Program-made: the position numbers and the translations under genes
Assembly (NCBI GenBank): GCA_030295235.1
Contig: AP026131.1
Coordinates: 1,116,001-1,180,000 of the forward strand
Length of the DNA: 64,000 nucleotides
Direction of reading: 5' to 3'
From: Fistulifera solaris
Taxonomy: Eukaryota
In this document: positions 37,678-48,531 of the stretch, piece by piece
Layout: each line of letters begins with the position of its first letter
Numbering within the stretch: position 1 is the first letter of the stretch
Notes under the pieces: model-generated
What the model was told of the DNA's origin: nothing
What the model saw: the letters and a program-made list of their open reading frames with translations, nothing else
Database searches by the model: none

Positions 37678-39594
37678 ATGATCTTACGAAGCGCATTGTT
37701 GCTGCTCACTTTGGCCGCATCGGAGGCATTTCTGATGCCGCAGCGCACGAGACACACACCTTCGTTACGTGTGAGTATCGGCCTCGGGCCGGAGCAAGAT
37801 CAAGAAAATGCCAAGGAACAAGAGCTTGTTTATGAGATTCCAAATCACGAGGAATATCGAACGTCACGTCGTTCCAAATTCGATGAGCAGTGCGATCAGT
37901 GGTTTGCCGCGCTCCTGTCGGGGGAGGATAGTCCGTGTTTGGGGGTTCTAGCCGAACAGGCACGAGCCAAATTAGAGACCCCGGTGCCTTTGGTGAATGA
38001 TATCGAAAAAGATACCAGCGACGAAGAATGGACGCCCTATGTTAGTACGAGATTGCCCTGGACTCCGTTAGTACCGGCCTTTGGTTTGGAGCAATTCGGT
38101 CTCCCGATTCCGCGACGTAACGCCGAGACGTGGAGGCACTTTGATGTGCCCGGAATGGTGCAACAAGAGTACAGCGGAACCGCACAGCCAGTGTCGCGAG
38201 AGGATTTTCAACAACAAATCGAGCGGGCCGGTGTGTGGTTAGAGGATGATGCCTGTGAAGCTCGTTTGGTGTATGTGAACGGATACTTTGCGCCAGAGCT
38301 TTCGAAGACGACATCGGATGTATACAATCTAGAGGAGCTTCCAAAAGACGAACATTTACAAAAATGCTTGGGACGATTCACCGATGGTTTTACGGATGAA
38401 TTAGCGGCGGCTGTACCGAATGGAGAGCGCACCGAAACGCTTTATTCGAAATTGAGTTTGCCGGATCACAATCTCGGCGATCCGACCAGTCAGTTTGCTA
38501 TCAACACCCAACAAGGCACGGCGTGCTTTGCTGCCTTGAATACGATTAAGACGCGAGGTGTAGCTGTCGTACGTTCAAAGTCGGTGGTCGAAAAACCGGT
38601 TCTAATCATTCAGGCCGTGACACCGTCGGCGGGTGGATCACAAGAGAATGGCAGCGGTGTAGCGCTGCATCCTCGTGTACTCGCTGTGGCCGAGGATCAC
38701 TCACGGCTGTCACTGGTACAGTCTTGTTTGGATTTGAATGATGATTCGACACCTAAACCCAAGCTCTACAATGGCTACACACAAATATTTGTGGGCGCTG
38801 GAGCGAATGTGACCCATTCGTACCTGGAGGAATCAGGTGGTATGGTTACAGCTTGTGTGGAAAAGGGAGACGAGGAGTTTGGTGAAGGTGAACCAAAGGC
38901 TCGGGAAATTGAGGCGGCTCGGCCTCCTCTCAAAGATACACATCTGGAAGCCATCGATGTTCACGTCACTGGACAAGAAGGAAGATACGAAGGAACATTA
39001 CTGAGTGTCGGTGGAAGTGGTCGCATTCGAGTCGCGCACTCCCTTTCCTTACTTCAGCCCGAGACAACTGGGATAATTAATGGCTTTTCTCTGTCCGGCG
39101 GCACACAAAGGACCGACATGAAAACAAACATCCATCATATTGCTGCAGGCGCGAAGAGTGAACAATTGCAAAAGAACATGATCGGTGGTCGAGCTGTCGG
39201 TGCTTTCCGTGGAAGAATTCGAGTGGAACAAAGCGCGCAGCAGACCGATAGCGCACAGCTGTCGCGTACAGTCCTGCTCAGTGACAAGGCTCGCGCGTGG
39301 GCGGTTCCGTCGCTGGAAATTATAGCCGATGATGTGCAATGTGCACATGGAGCGACGATTTCCGATTTGAGTGAAGAGGAACTGTTTTACCTGAGATCGC
39401 GCGGTCTTGATCGAGCTTTATCAAGAAATTTGCTCATGTATGCATTCGCTGGCGACATCTGTAGCTGTGTGGATCCAGCTCTTTTGGGAAGTGTCGACAG
39501 CAAAGAAGGATTACAAAAGCGAATGATTCGAAAGCTAGAGAATCTGGTTCCACAAGGTGAACGCGCTATCACGGGTGAATTTCAAAGTATTTAG
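37678..39594 (+). CDS. sufD: Plastid Fe-S cluster assembly protein SufD
   Basis: Bipartite presequence LAASEA|FL; ETWRHF, RLVYVNG, FAALN, FRGRIRV, AQQTDSAQLSR, PSLEIIADDVQCAHGAT, LFYLRSRG. Confidence 0.93.
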   Translation: MILRSALLLLTLAASEAFLMPQRTRHTPSLRVSIGLGPEQDQENAKEQELVYEIPNHEEYRTSRRSKFDEQCDQWFAALLSGEDSPCLGVLAEQARAKLETPVPLVNDIEKDTSDEEWTPYVSTRLPWTPLVPAFGLEQFGLPIPRRNAETWRHFDVPGMVQQEYSGTAQPVSREDFQQQIERAGVWLEDDACEARLVYVNGYFAPELSKTTSDVYNLEELPKDEHLQKCLGRFTDGFTDELAAAVPNGERTETLYSKLSLPDHNLGDPTSQFAINTQQGTACFAALNTIKTRGVAVVRSKSVVEKPVLIIQAVTPSAGGSQENGSGVALHPRVLAVAEDHSRLSLVQSCLDLNDDSTPKPKLYNGYTQIFVGAGANVTHSYLEESGGMVTACVEKGDEEFGEGEPKAREIEAARPPLKDTHLEAIDVHVTGQEGRYEGTLLSVGGSGRIRVAHSLSLLQPETTGIINGFSLSGGTQRTDMKTNIHHIAAGAKSEQLQKNMIGGRAVGAFRGRIRVEQSAQQTDSAQLSRTVLLSDKARAWAVPSLEIIADDVQCAHGATISDLSEEELFYLRSRGLDRALSRNLLMYAFAGDICSCVDPALLGSVDSKEGLQKRMIRKLENLVPQGERAITGEFQSI

Positions 39595-39849
39595 AAGTTA
39601 TCTCAAAAACAATAATTCTCAGTTTTACATGCAAAAGGCTATTAATTAATGCAACAGATGATTTCTTCGGCGGGTCTTATAGCTTTTCAGCTTTCATGAA
39701 ATAGAAAGCTTTTCCCCTTCTGCATTCTGCAGCGGCTATTTTTCCGCATCAATCACGGACGATGACGCGACTTGCGGGATATTTTTTATTCACTCAATTC
39801 CCCGCAACTTTTGCAGAAGTGGTCGGTCATCGGCAGCCCAAATCTTTAG

Positions 39850-40845
39850 CTAAATTGTTGTAGTTATACTCTCTTGACAAGGCGGTAGACCAAGCGATGC
39901 CGCACAATGAGATGGGTCGGGTCGCGCTCCAAAACAAGCTGGGTCATGCAGTGATGGAAAGATAGCTTTGAGTTCCGGGCATGTTCCTATCACCCAATTT
40001 CGTGCCTCATAGGACCAATCAAAGAGCGTACCGGTCACAACTAGTGGTCCGAAACCTGTATTGCGAATTAATGTGCCATTTTCGGCCATCAGTTGATGCT
40101 TGGCGGGGCCAAACCATTCCGTTTCTTCCGTAGTCGCGAGACGATATTGGGAGCCTTCTTCATTGAGACGTCGAATCATTTGTACCAGTCGCGTATCGAA
40201 TCGACGCTCGCCCAGTTGATGCCAGTACGGTGAATTCATGGCTGTCAGCACTACTGTGCGATTTTGCAACGAATGCGTCGACCCATCGCCACCTTCGCCG
40301 TGATTCCAGGGAATACCAATGTAGTCGATCCCCTCCAGGTCGGACCACGTTTTCTGGCTGTTACTGCAAAGAACACCATCGCCGTTAATTGTCAAAACGC
40401 GGTCAGCGACAGCATTCTTCCATACCCAACTGTCTTTCCACACTCGGTTCGGTTTCAGATGAGACAGAGAAGGAGGGAGTTCGGTCAAGACAACTCGAGG
40501 ATGCTGTTGGAGGCGTCGCTCTAATCCCCGATGAAATTGCAAGACTTCGGAAAGAAATTCACGTTCATAAAAGATTTGCAAGCCCCAATCGAGAGGAATG
40601 TTGGCGAGAGCATTGTCGACTAATACATTGTAGCGTTTGTAATACCATTTCGGTCGTCGCAGAAACAGCAGCGCGGCCACGCCGTTCCAAGCCGGCCGAC
40701 TCCGTTCGGTGTTATTGCCCTCGTTGCTTTGCAAAAGAAACAAACAAAAGCACCACTGTAGTACAATAATGGCAATGAGAAACCGGATCATATCAACATG
40801 ATGAGGTACAAGGTGGTCGATTGCAATGTTTTTGTAGCAACGCAA
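39850..40845 (-). CDS. Type II membrane DUF5672-like putative glycosyltransferase
   Basis: N-terminal TM; RVLTINGDGVLCSNS, IDYIGIPW, GGDGSTHSLQNR, CPE motif. Confidence 0.65.
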   Translation of the reverse strand: MRCYKNIAIDHLVPHHVDMIRFLIAIIVLQWCFCLFLLQSNEGNNTERSRPAWNGVAALLFLRRPKWYYKRYNVLVDNALANIPLDWGLQIFYEREFLSEVLQFHRGLERRLQQHPRVVLTELPPSLSHLKPNRVWKDSWVWKNAVADRVLTINGDGVLCSNSQKTWSDLEGIDYIGIPWNHGEGGDGSTHSLQNRTVVLTAMNSPYWHQLGERRFDTRLVQMIRRLNEEGSQYRLATTEETEWFGPAKHQLMAENGTLIRNTGFGPLVVTGTLFDWSYEARNWVIGTCPELKAIFPSLHDPACFGARPDPSHCAASLGLPPCQESITTTI

Positions 40846-41114
40846 TGACTAAACAGTGCGCAGTCGTGGTCTACCCGAAGTGTCACTTTTAGGTCTATAG
40901 TAAAAAGTGAAGGCACCGTTTTGCAAGGCTCTTCGGCGTAAAGCTTAATGACGTGTGATGCAAACGCTGCTAAGGATTAGTTCCTTTGCAAAACAATGCA
41001 TCTAGCTACATATGTTGCTGCGAACGAATGAGTTGTAGGCAGCATTCATGACGGAAGTGCTGTCGTGCGAAAAACGAAATACACTTTGATCCATAGCAAT
41101 ATACGACAAACATC

Positions 41115-42176
41115 AGGTGTCGATCCTCGGATTATTTCGACATGAAATAAAAAAACTCTCAACAAGTATTTCAGAATCATCATTGTTGCGACTTTACTTA
41201 CCCGTATTATTATTATATTCGCAGTTGAGTGACAATGGACGGATGCGAGAGACGCAAAACGAAACCCTTTGTTGTTCGGTTCATTCATGACTACTGTACA
41301 ATCCAGTCTTGGCTGGCGTAAACCAACACTCCGTTTGATAGTGAAAATTTCAAGGTGTCGATCCTCGGATTATTCGACGTGAAAATAATAAAAGAAACTC
41401 TCAACAAGTAATTCAGAATCATCATTGTTGCGACTTCATTTACCCGTAATTTTAATAAAAGTTCTCAGTTGCTCAGTTGAATGACAATGGACGGATGCGA
41501 GAGACGCAAAACGAAACCCTTTGTTGTTCGGTTCATTCATGACTACTGTACAATCCAGTCTTGGCTGGCGTAAACCAACACTCCGTTTGATAGTGAAAAT
41601 TTCAAGGTGTCGATCCTCGGATTATTCGACATGAAAATAATAAAACAAACTCTCAACAAGTAATTCAGAATCATCATTGTTACGACTTCCCTTACCCGTA
41701 ATTTTAACAAAAATTCTCAGTTGCTCAGTTGAATGACAATGGACGGATGCGAGAGACGCAAAGAGAAACCCTTTGTCCATTGGGCCAGTTGTGTTTCTCT
41801 AACTCGATTAGGGATTCGGTTCTCTTGTAGGGATAGGACGTAAGCATAGTGAATTCTACTCAGTAGCCTTTTTTTTGTTGTTCGGTTCATTCATGACTAC
41901 TGTACAATCCAGTCTTGGCTGGCGTAAACCAACACTCCGTTTGATAGTGAAAATTTCAAGGTGTCGATCCTCGGATCTCAACAAGTAATTCAGAATCATC
42001 ATTGTTGCGACTTCACTTACCCGTAATTTTAATAAAAGTTCTCAGTTGCTCAGTTGAATGACAATGGACGGATGCGAGAGACGCAAAACGAAACCCTTTG
42101 TTGTTCGGTTCATTCATGACTACTGTACAATCCAGTCTTGGCTGGCGTAAACCAACACTCCGTTTGATAGTGAAAT
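41115..42176. repeat. Four-unit tandem repeat (~220-250 bp units; unit 3 has a ~100-bp insert)
   Basis: AGGTGTCGATCCTCGGAT at 41115, 41353, 41605, 41959; shared GACAATGGACGGATGCGAGAGACGC and CATGACTACTGTACAATCCAGTCTTGG blocks. Confidence 0.92.
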
Positions 42177-42428
42177 TTTGAGGATTATCGAAAAATATGG
42201 CGCCATAGCCAACAATAATCTGCGTTGAACTTTACTTATGTTGTTTTCACGTACCCCGAAAATCTGGTAGATTTATGTTGATGACACCGCAACCGCAATC
42301 GAACACAACAAACACTGCGCCAATTCGATTTGCCCCTTATTACAGCAGCCAAACCTGGATCTTTGTTGATCTCTCTTTGCGCTTACCCCTGTAATCTGAA
42401 ATCGTCCCTCGTCTGCTGGGAACTTACC

Positions 42429-43410
42429 ATGCCCTTTCACGAACGCGACGAAGAGCAAGAAGCGGCCCTCAGTGAAGCACTCAGCATTCTTCCGAACCTT
42501 TTGACGAAACGCCGCAAGATTTTGGACGAGCGCGAAGAAGAACTAAAAAAGGCATTCGAGAAACTGGAAAGGGAGAAGCAGAGTATCGGCTGTGGAAACG
42601 ACAGTGATGTTATTCATCTGAATGTAGGAGGTACTTTGATGGCGACTGCGCGCAGTACGCTTACCTATGTGGAAAGCTCCATGTTGGCGGCTCGGTTTTC
42701 CGGGCGCTGGGACGAAAAGTATCGCGAAAGATAAGAACGGAAACTTTTTCATCGATCAGCCGGTTGAGTTGTTTCAGCCTTTGATCGACTATATTCGAAA
42801 CAGGCAGAGTCATACGCCTTTAGCAATGCCATTGCAGTCTCCAGGTTGGAGTGAATTCGGTCCTATTAGTCAAAATAGGAAATATGTTGACTTCAAGCGA
42901 ATGGTAGAATATTTTGGTGCTACTCTAGGTATTTTCCCGGTTGAACTGAGAGACTTTACGGCTGCCGAAAGCGAATGCCTTGCTGTGACTGGTCCGTCCT
43001 CGTTCTTCAAAGTTGCATTTGATGAGTGGAAGATCTGCGGGCTGGTTCCGTTGGGACATGACAGGAAGATTACAGGATTCGAAGTGAAGATCGGTGAAGC
43101 TGTTAATCTACAAATCGGATGGAATGAAGACTCGATCTATACCAATACAGCTGTCGGCGGTCATGATTGCTCGATAGCGCTGGACGTTGCGAGAGGTGGG
43201 ATGCTATGCAATATTGACTACTTCGAAGCAATAGGAGACCCTATCCGGAAGGGGACGGTGGTAAAATGCAGGAATTTCGGAAAAGAGTGGTTCATTGACG
43301 GGGAGAAAATTACTGGAGCTTGGAGCAACCACTGGGACGCTGCCAGCCCTGTACCGGCCATATCCGGCAAAGGCGAATGGACGATTACGGCGATAGAAAT
43401 TGAGCCCTAG
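42429..43410 (+). CDS. Coiled-coil/BTB (KCTD-type)/SPRY-like protein copy 1; +1 A frameshift ~42716
   Basis: DVIHLNVGG, SMLAARFSGRW, FFIDQP, LQIGW, PAISGKG; GACGAAAAGTAT versus GACGAAAGTAT in paralogs. Confidence 0.85.
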
Positions 43411-43909
43411 ATGTGAGCGCTTCCTTAAGTATACACTACTTTCAGTTATGTGAGTTAAAGCAATTAAAAATTGCAACACCGCCTGTCTAGTAAAGACAGT
43501 TGCATATGTACTTTATTTATTAAAAATTTACGTCCTCGCTGATACTTGCGTGGGCCCGTCTTTGATTGACGTTGGAAAAGCAGAAAGAATCTTCTCATGG
43601 AGTCGCATCCTCGACGTGATTCGTTAGTGCTTTCGCACAATACGGGTACGCGTGATGATGATTATTCGTGTTCAGGGTCATCGTCAGCCGGTGGTTTCCT
43701 GCAGAGGATATTAAATTTTATACTTTGTACGTACATCGCTGTAGCGTATTACTACCTTGTAAGTAAATGGTTGTACCAGCACAAAACCAAATCGGTTTAT
43801 CGTCAATATGTTGTTCGGATGACTTTTCGTGCTGTTTCGTGTCCTGCCCCAGTTTCTACTTTAAATTCCATGATTGTAGCGGGTAGTAGCGGGTATAGCT
43901 CAAATTGTC

Positions 43910-43924
43910 GACTGGATTTCAGTC
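43910..43924. promoter_or_regulatory. GACTG-N5-CAGTC dyad (also 47021-47035, 62031-62045, 63003-63017)
   Basis: Palindromic arms conserved while spacer varies; all four lie 200-480 bp upstream of BTB or HA start codons. Confidence 0.55.
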
Positions 43925-44133
43925 ACGAAACACAAAAGTATCTTTTTTTCCGACGCGACGCGACGATTGCGACGATGATGCGACGAATAAAACGCGAATG
44001 CGGTGATAGTGATGCACAAGGATCACATTCAATGCTACTTGGTATTTGATATCTCTTTGCGCTTCTCAATTCTCCCTCGTTTGTTGGGATATAAATTTGG
44101 AAGGTCAAATCAGCTCTATAATCATTCATCATC

Positions 44134-45105
44134 ATGCCCGTACACGAACGCGAGGAAAAACACGAAGCTGCTCTGGATGAGGCGCTCACCAATTTGCCGA
44201 ACCTTTTAGCGAAACGCCGCAAGATGTTGGATGAGCAAGAAGAAGAATTGAAAAAGGGGTTCGAAAAATTAGAAAAGGAGAAGAAGAGTCTCGGCTGCGG
44301 AAAAGATAGCGATGTCATTCATCTGAATGTAGGAGGTACTTTGATGGCGACTTTGCGAAGCACACTCACTTACGTCGAAGACTCCATGTTGGCAGCTCGA
44401 TTTTCAGGACGTTGGGACGAAAGTATTGCTAAAGATAAGGACGGAAACTTTTTCATTGATCAGCCCATCGAGTTGTTTCTTCCAATGATCAACTTCATTC
44501 GTAACAAACAATGTGAAACTCTTTTGGAGGGCGCTCCAAGCTCTCCTTCTTTGGAAACTTTCAATGACGACGAGTTGAAATACGGTGATTTCAAGCGGAT
44601 GGTGGAGTACTTTGGGATGACTCCAGGCATATACCCTGTCGAACTGGTAGACTATTCTACTGCGAGTAAGGAGCGTCTTGCGGTTTCTGGTACATTATCT
44701 ACTTTACAACTTGCGTTTAATGAGAGGACAGTTTGCGTGCTGCTCCCATCAGGACATTTCAGACAAATCAAAGGGTTTGAAGTGAAGATTGGCGACTCCG
44801 TGAACTTGCAACTTGGATGGGTGAAATCGCCAATTGTCGGAAATACCGACGTTTGCAGTAACGCACAATCGATAGTGCTAGATCTTGCGAGAGGTGGGAT
44901 TTCTTGTCAAGGTAGTCTTGTTCCGGTCGGTAATACTATTCAGAATGGAACTTTTGTTAGATGCAAAAATTTTGGGAGAGAGTGGTTTGTTGATGGAGAG
45001 AAGATAGTCGGGCCTTGGGAGAAAACGTTGACGCTTCAAGGCGTCGTGCCTGTGATATCGGGCAAAGGAGAATGGGCGATTACTGCAGTGGAACTGGGGC
45101 CTTAA
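44134..45105 (+). CDS. BTB/SPRY-like protein copy 2 (intact, 323 aa)
   Basis: Same motifs, uninterrupted ORF. Confidence 0.9.
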   Translation: MPVHEREEKHEAALDEALTNLPNLLAKRRKMLDEQEEELKKGFEKLEKEKKSLGCGKDSDVIHLNVGGTLMATLRSTLTYVEDSMLAARFSGRWDESIAKDKDGNFFIDQPIELFLPMINFIRNKQCETLLEGAPSSPSLETFNDDELKYGDFKRMVEYFGMTPGIYPVELVDYSTASKERLAVSGTLSTLQLAFNERTVCVLLPSGHFRQIKGFEVKIGDSVNLQLGWVKSPIVGNTDVCSNAQSIVLDLARGGISCQGSLVPVGNTIQNGTFVRCKNFGREWFVDGEKIVGPWEKTLTLQGVVPVISGKGEWAITAVELGP

Positions 45106-45516
45106 GTCCTTAGTACGTCACGTCGCTTACAGCGCCAATGGACAAGTCTGAATGGAACGAGTCTCGGCAAGGCTTAGCTTATAACTTTACATCTTTACGT
45201 TCCCTATTGAGTCGTCTGCCTTAGATGCTGCTCATCTATACATGGTAAACTAGCGACCGCTGTGATCATCGAAAAAATATTTATGAATGCGAGTTAAGAT
45301 GCGAGTTTTTGTTTGTCAGTTTGGTCATGCTATTCTGCTCCCTAAATTTTCTGCACGTGAAGAAAGACTCCTCTTCCGTTTCATTGGGGTGTTGATGCAC
45401 CCTGTATCTTCGATTTTTCGTTTGGCGTGTAGCTTCATTCTTCAGTTTCCGCTTAAAATTCACCAGCAGCATTCACCACAACTTGCAGCTCGTCGAAGAA
45501 AAGAACCACAATAATC

Positions 45517-46488
45517 ATGAACGAACTTGACAACGAACATGAAGCAGCCCTTGATGAGGCACTCACAAATTTGCCGCATCTTCTCACGAAGCGGCTTAAG
45601 TTGCTAGAACAGCGCGAAGAAGAGCTCAAGAAGTCCTTCGAACGTCTCGAAAAAGAGAAGGAAAGTCTTGGTTGCGGCAAGGATGGAGACGTCATTCATC
45701 TCAATGTCGGCGGCACTCGGATCGCAACCTTGCGCAGCACGCTGACCTTTGTCGAAAACTCCATGTTGGCTGCGAGATTCTCGGGTCGATGGGACGAAAG
45801 TATCGCCAATGACAAGGATGGCAACTTCTTTATCGATCAGCCGGTTGATCTCTTTCTGCCCATGATCGACTACATCCGCGGCAAACAGAACCAGACCCCT
45901 TTGACAGACGCTCCAGAACCTCCCAGTTTGAGTGATTTCGATGACAATGCGAAGAAATTCGGCGATTTTAAACGAATGATAGAGTACTTTGGAATGACTC
46001 CAGGAATCTTCCCCGTCACGTTGGTGGACTATACCAAGGAGGAACAATAACAGCTTGCAGCATCTGACTCCCAGTCGTCCTTCAAAGTTGATTGCGATGA
46101 GTTTAAGATCTGCGGCCTTGTTCCACTGGGACATACACGAAAAATTGCAGGCTTTGAGGTGAAAATTCATGAAGCCGTCAATTTGCAGATTGGTTGGGTG
46201 TACGAATCAATTGATACTGGAACTGCTGTGAGCAGCCAAAGCTATCCACTTTATGTGGATGTCGCGAGAGGTGGTATTGCTTGCAACAAAGATTTTGTGC
46301 CAGTCGATAGCAGCATTCAACGCGGAACCTACGTGAAATGCAAGGATTTTGGAAAAGAGTGGTTCATCAATGGGAAGAAGCTTGAAGGAGATTGGTACGG
46401 CAATGACTCGTGGTTCGTTGAAAGCGTCGTACCTGCCATCTCCGGAAAAGGAACGTGGACGATTACTTCCGTAGAACTGGAGCCTTAA
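45517..46488 (+). pseudogene. BTB/SPRY-like protein copy 3 with in-frame TAA at 46048-46050
   Basis: ORFs 45517-46050 and 46159-46488 are in the same frame; homology continues through the stop. Confidence 0.7.
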
Positions 46489-47462
46489 TGGGTCGATACT
46501 GTTTTTGCTGCTTCCGCAAGTAATCAAGTACTTTCATGGCGTAGAATAATCGTCCCGTAACGTTTAACACTTCATCAAGCCCACATCTTAATTATTTCAC
46601 CGCGACACGATCCTTTGACGCCCACAATAACTCAGCTAATATTTTCATGTGATTTGAGGGTGAAATCGTTGCGCAGAGAATTCTTCTTGATTCGATAGGC
46701 GTACGCAGTTCACGTATATAAAATCAGGGCTGGGTAGATCATGCAGTGCAATTGTCAAGTAACACGCAAAAGGTGCGAGGCAATGAATGATCGTTTCAAA
46801 CCCGGCGCAGCTAGTTCCCAGTTGTGAGCTTCGTACAGCCGACCGAAAAGAAAACGACGGAAATTGTGTTACAGCCTGTAAGTGATTAATGATACATGCA
46901 GCAACCTAGCAGCAAATGACAGAAGCGATTTAGATTCACTCGATCGCATCATCGTCGCAGTTTCATCTCATCGCAAACAGCACAAAAGCGTCCGCGTCGC
47001 AGCGAAACACGATGCACCGCGACTGAAGTGCAGTCGTGGGGAAAAGCGACTACACTTTGGGTCTATAGTAATTACTGCAACTCACAATTTCATCTGGATT
47101 TCAGCATCATGAAGAATCAAGGAGTGCGTTGCAAAGGCTGCTGATAATAGGAACATGTATAGCTGACCAAGCTAGAGAGGAGGAAAAGGAGAAAGGCGGC
47201 TTAGGTTGATTTTGTTGCCGGAATATAAACAGCCTTCGTGCAATACACACCGGTACACAAAGCACTAAGCTGAAAACAGCATTGTTCATCAACACTATAC
47301 AGCTTAAAGTACAAGGCGCACCTTTTCTTGCACGCAGAAAAAGATGACGCAAAAATTTTCTTGCGACGAGTGATGCGGTGCCCCTTTACGTCGCTCGTCG
47401 GACGGGAACAAGCCTTATTTCTTATTCATTCGTTGTGCGTTCGATCATTACCAAAGATAACC

Positions 47463-48425
47463 ATGTCCGTTCATGAACGCGAGGAAGAGCAAGAAGCTGC
47501 TTTGAATGAGGCGCTCACCAACTTGCCGAAACTTTTGACGAAACGCCGCAAGTTGTTGGACGAGCGCGAAGAAGAGCTCAACAACGCATTCGATCGCCTC
47601 GAAAAGGAGAAGCGGACTTTGGGCTGCGGAAAAGATAGCGACGTCATTCATTTGAACGTAGGAGGTACTTTGATGGCTACTTTGCGCAGTACCCTCACTT
47701 ATGTCGAAGACTCGATGTTGGCAGCTCGCTTTTCAGGACGTTGGGACGAAAGTATCGCGAAAGATAAGGATGGCAACTTCTTTATCGATCAACCAATTGA
47801 GCTTTTTCTTCCAATGATCGACTATATTCGAAACCTGCAGAATGAAGACAACTCATTGGGCCCCCAGCCATCTCCAGATGTGTCTGATTTCGATGACGAC
47901 GACAAGAAATATAGGAAATTCAAGCGGATGGTAGAATATTTCGGGCTGCCTCTGGGCGTCTTTCCTGTTGCACTGATGAAAGTTACTACCGAAGGTAAAA
48001 AGCAACTATTGGTTACCGGAGCATTGTCATCCTTCAAGATCTTTGTCCAGGAATGGGGCGTCTTTGAACTGGTTCCGTCGGGACATGCTAGGAAGATTAA
48101 AGGTTTTGAAGTGAAGATTGGAGAAGCTGCAGATATGCAGATTGGTTGGGTGATAAAACCGGTTGTCGTCAACACTGCTGTCAGTGATTATGATGAATAT
48201 ATTGCGCTAGATGTCGCTAAAGGTACCATTACTTGTAATGATGACTTTGATGAGTCGGTCAGTACCTCTGTGCAAAACGGAAAGTGCATGAACTTTGGAA
48301 AAGAGTGGTTTATCGACGGCCAACGGGTTGCAAGCTGGTGTGACTGCTGGGTGACTAAGGGCGCTGTGCCTGTTTTTTCTGGAAAAGGCGAGTGGACGAT
48401 TACTGTAGTGGAACTGGGTCCCTAA
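47463..48425 (+). CDS. BTB/SPRY-like protein copy 4 (intact; short in-frame deletion at VQNG|KC)
   Basis: MSVHEREEEQ start homologous to the other copies; same motifs. Confidence 0.88.
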   Translation: MSVHEREEEQEAALNEALTNLPKLLTKRRKLLDEREEELNNAFDRLEKEKRTLGCGKDSDVIHLNVGGTLMATLRSTLTYVEDSMLAARFSGRWDESIAKDKDGNFFIDQPIELFLPMIDYIRNLQNEDNSLGPQPSPDVSDFDDDDKKYRKFKRMVEYFGLPLGVFPVALMKVTTEGKKQLLVTGALSSFKIFVQEWGVFELVPSGHARKIKGFEVKIGEAADMQIGWVIKPVVVNTAVSDYDEYIALDVAKGTITCNDDFDESVSTSVQNGKCMNFGKEWFIDGQRVASWCDCWVTKGAVPVFSGKGEWTITVVELGP

Positions 48426-48531
48426 GCCGAACAAATCTATAGCAGATGGCGTGATCGAGTACCATGCTCCAAGCATTCGCATAAATTTTACATATTATTC
48501 AATTCACAATTAATGCACGCCAACTCATAGC

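Noticed and set aside
25494..39594. Fe-S gene cluster (IscU-like plus SufD)
   Set aside because: Separated by unrelated genes and predicted for different organelles
41115..42176. CRISPR-like array
   Set aside because: Whole units are repeated with no unique spacers, no cas genes, eukaryotic context
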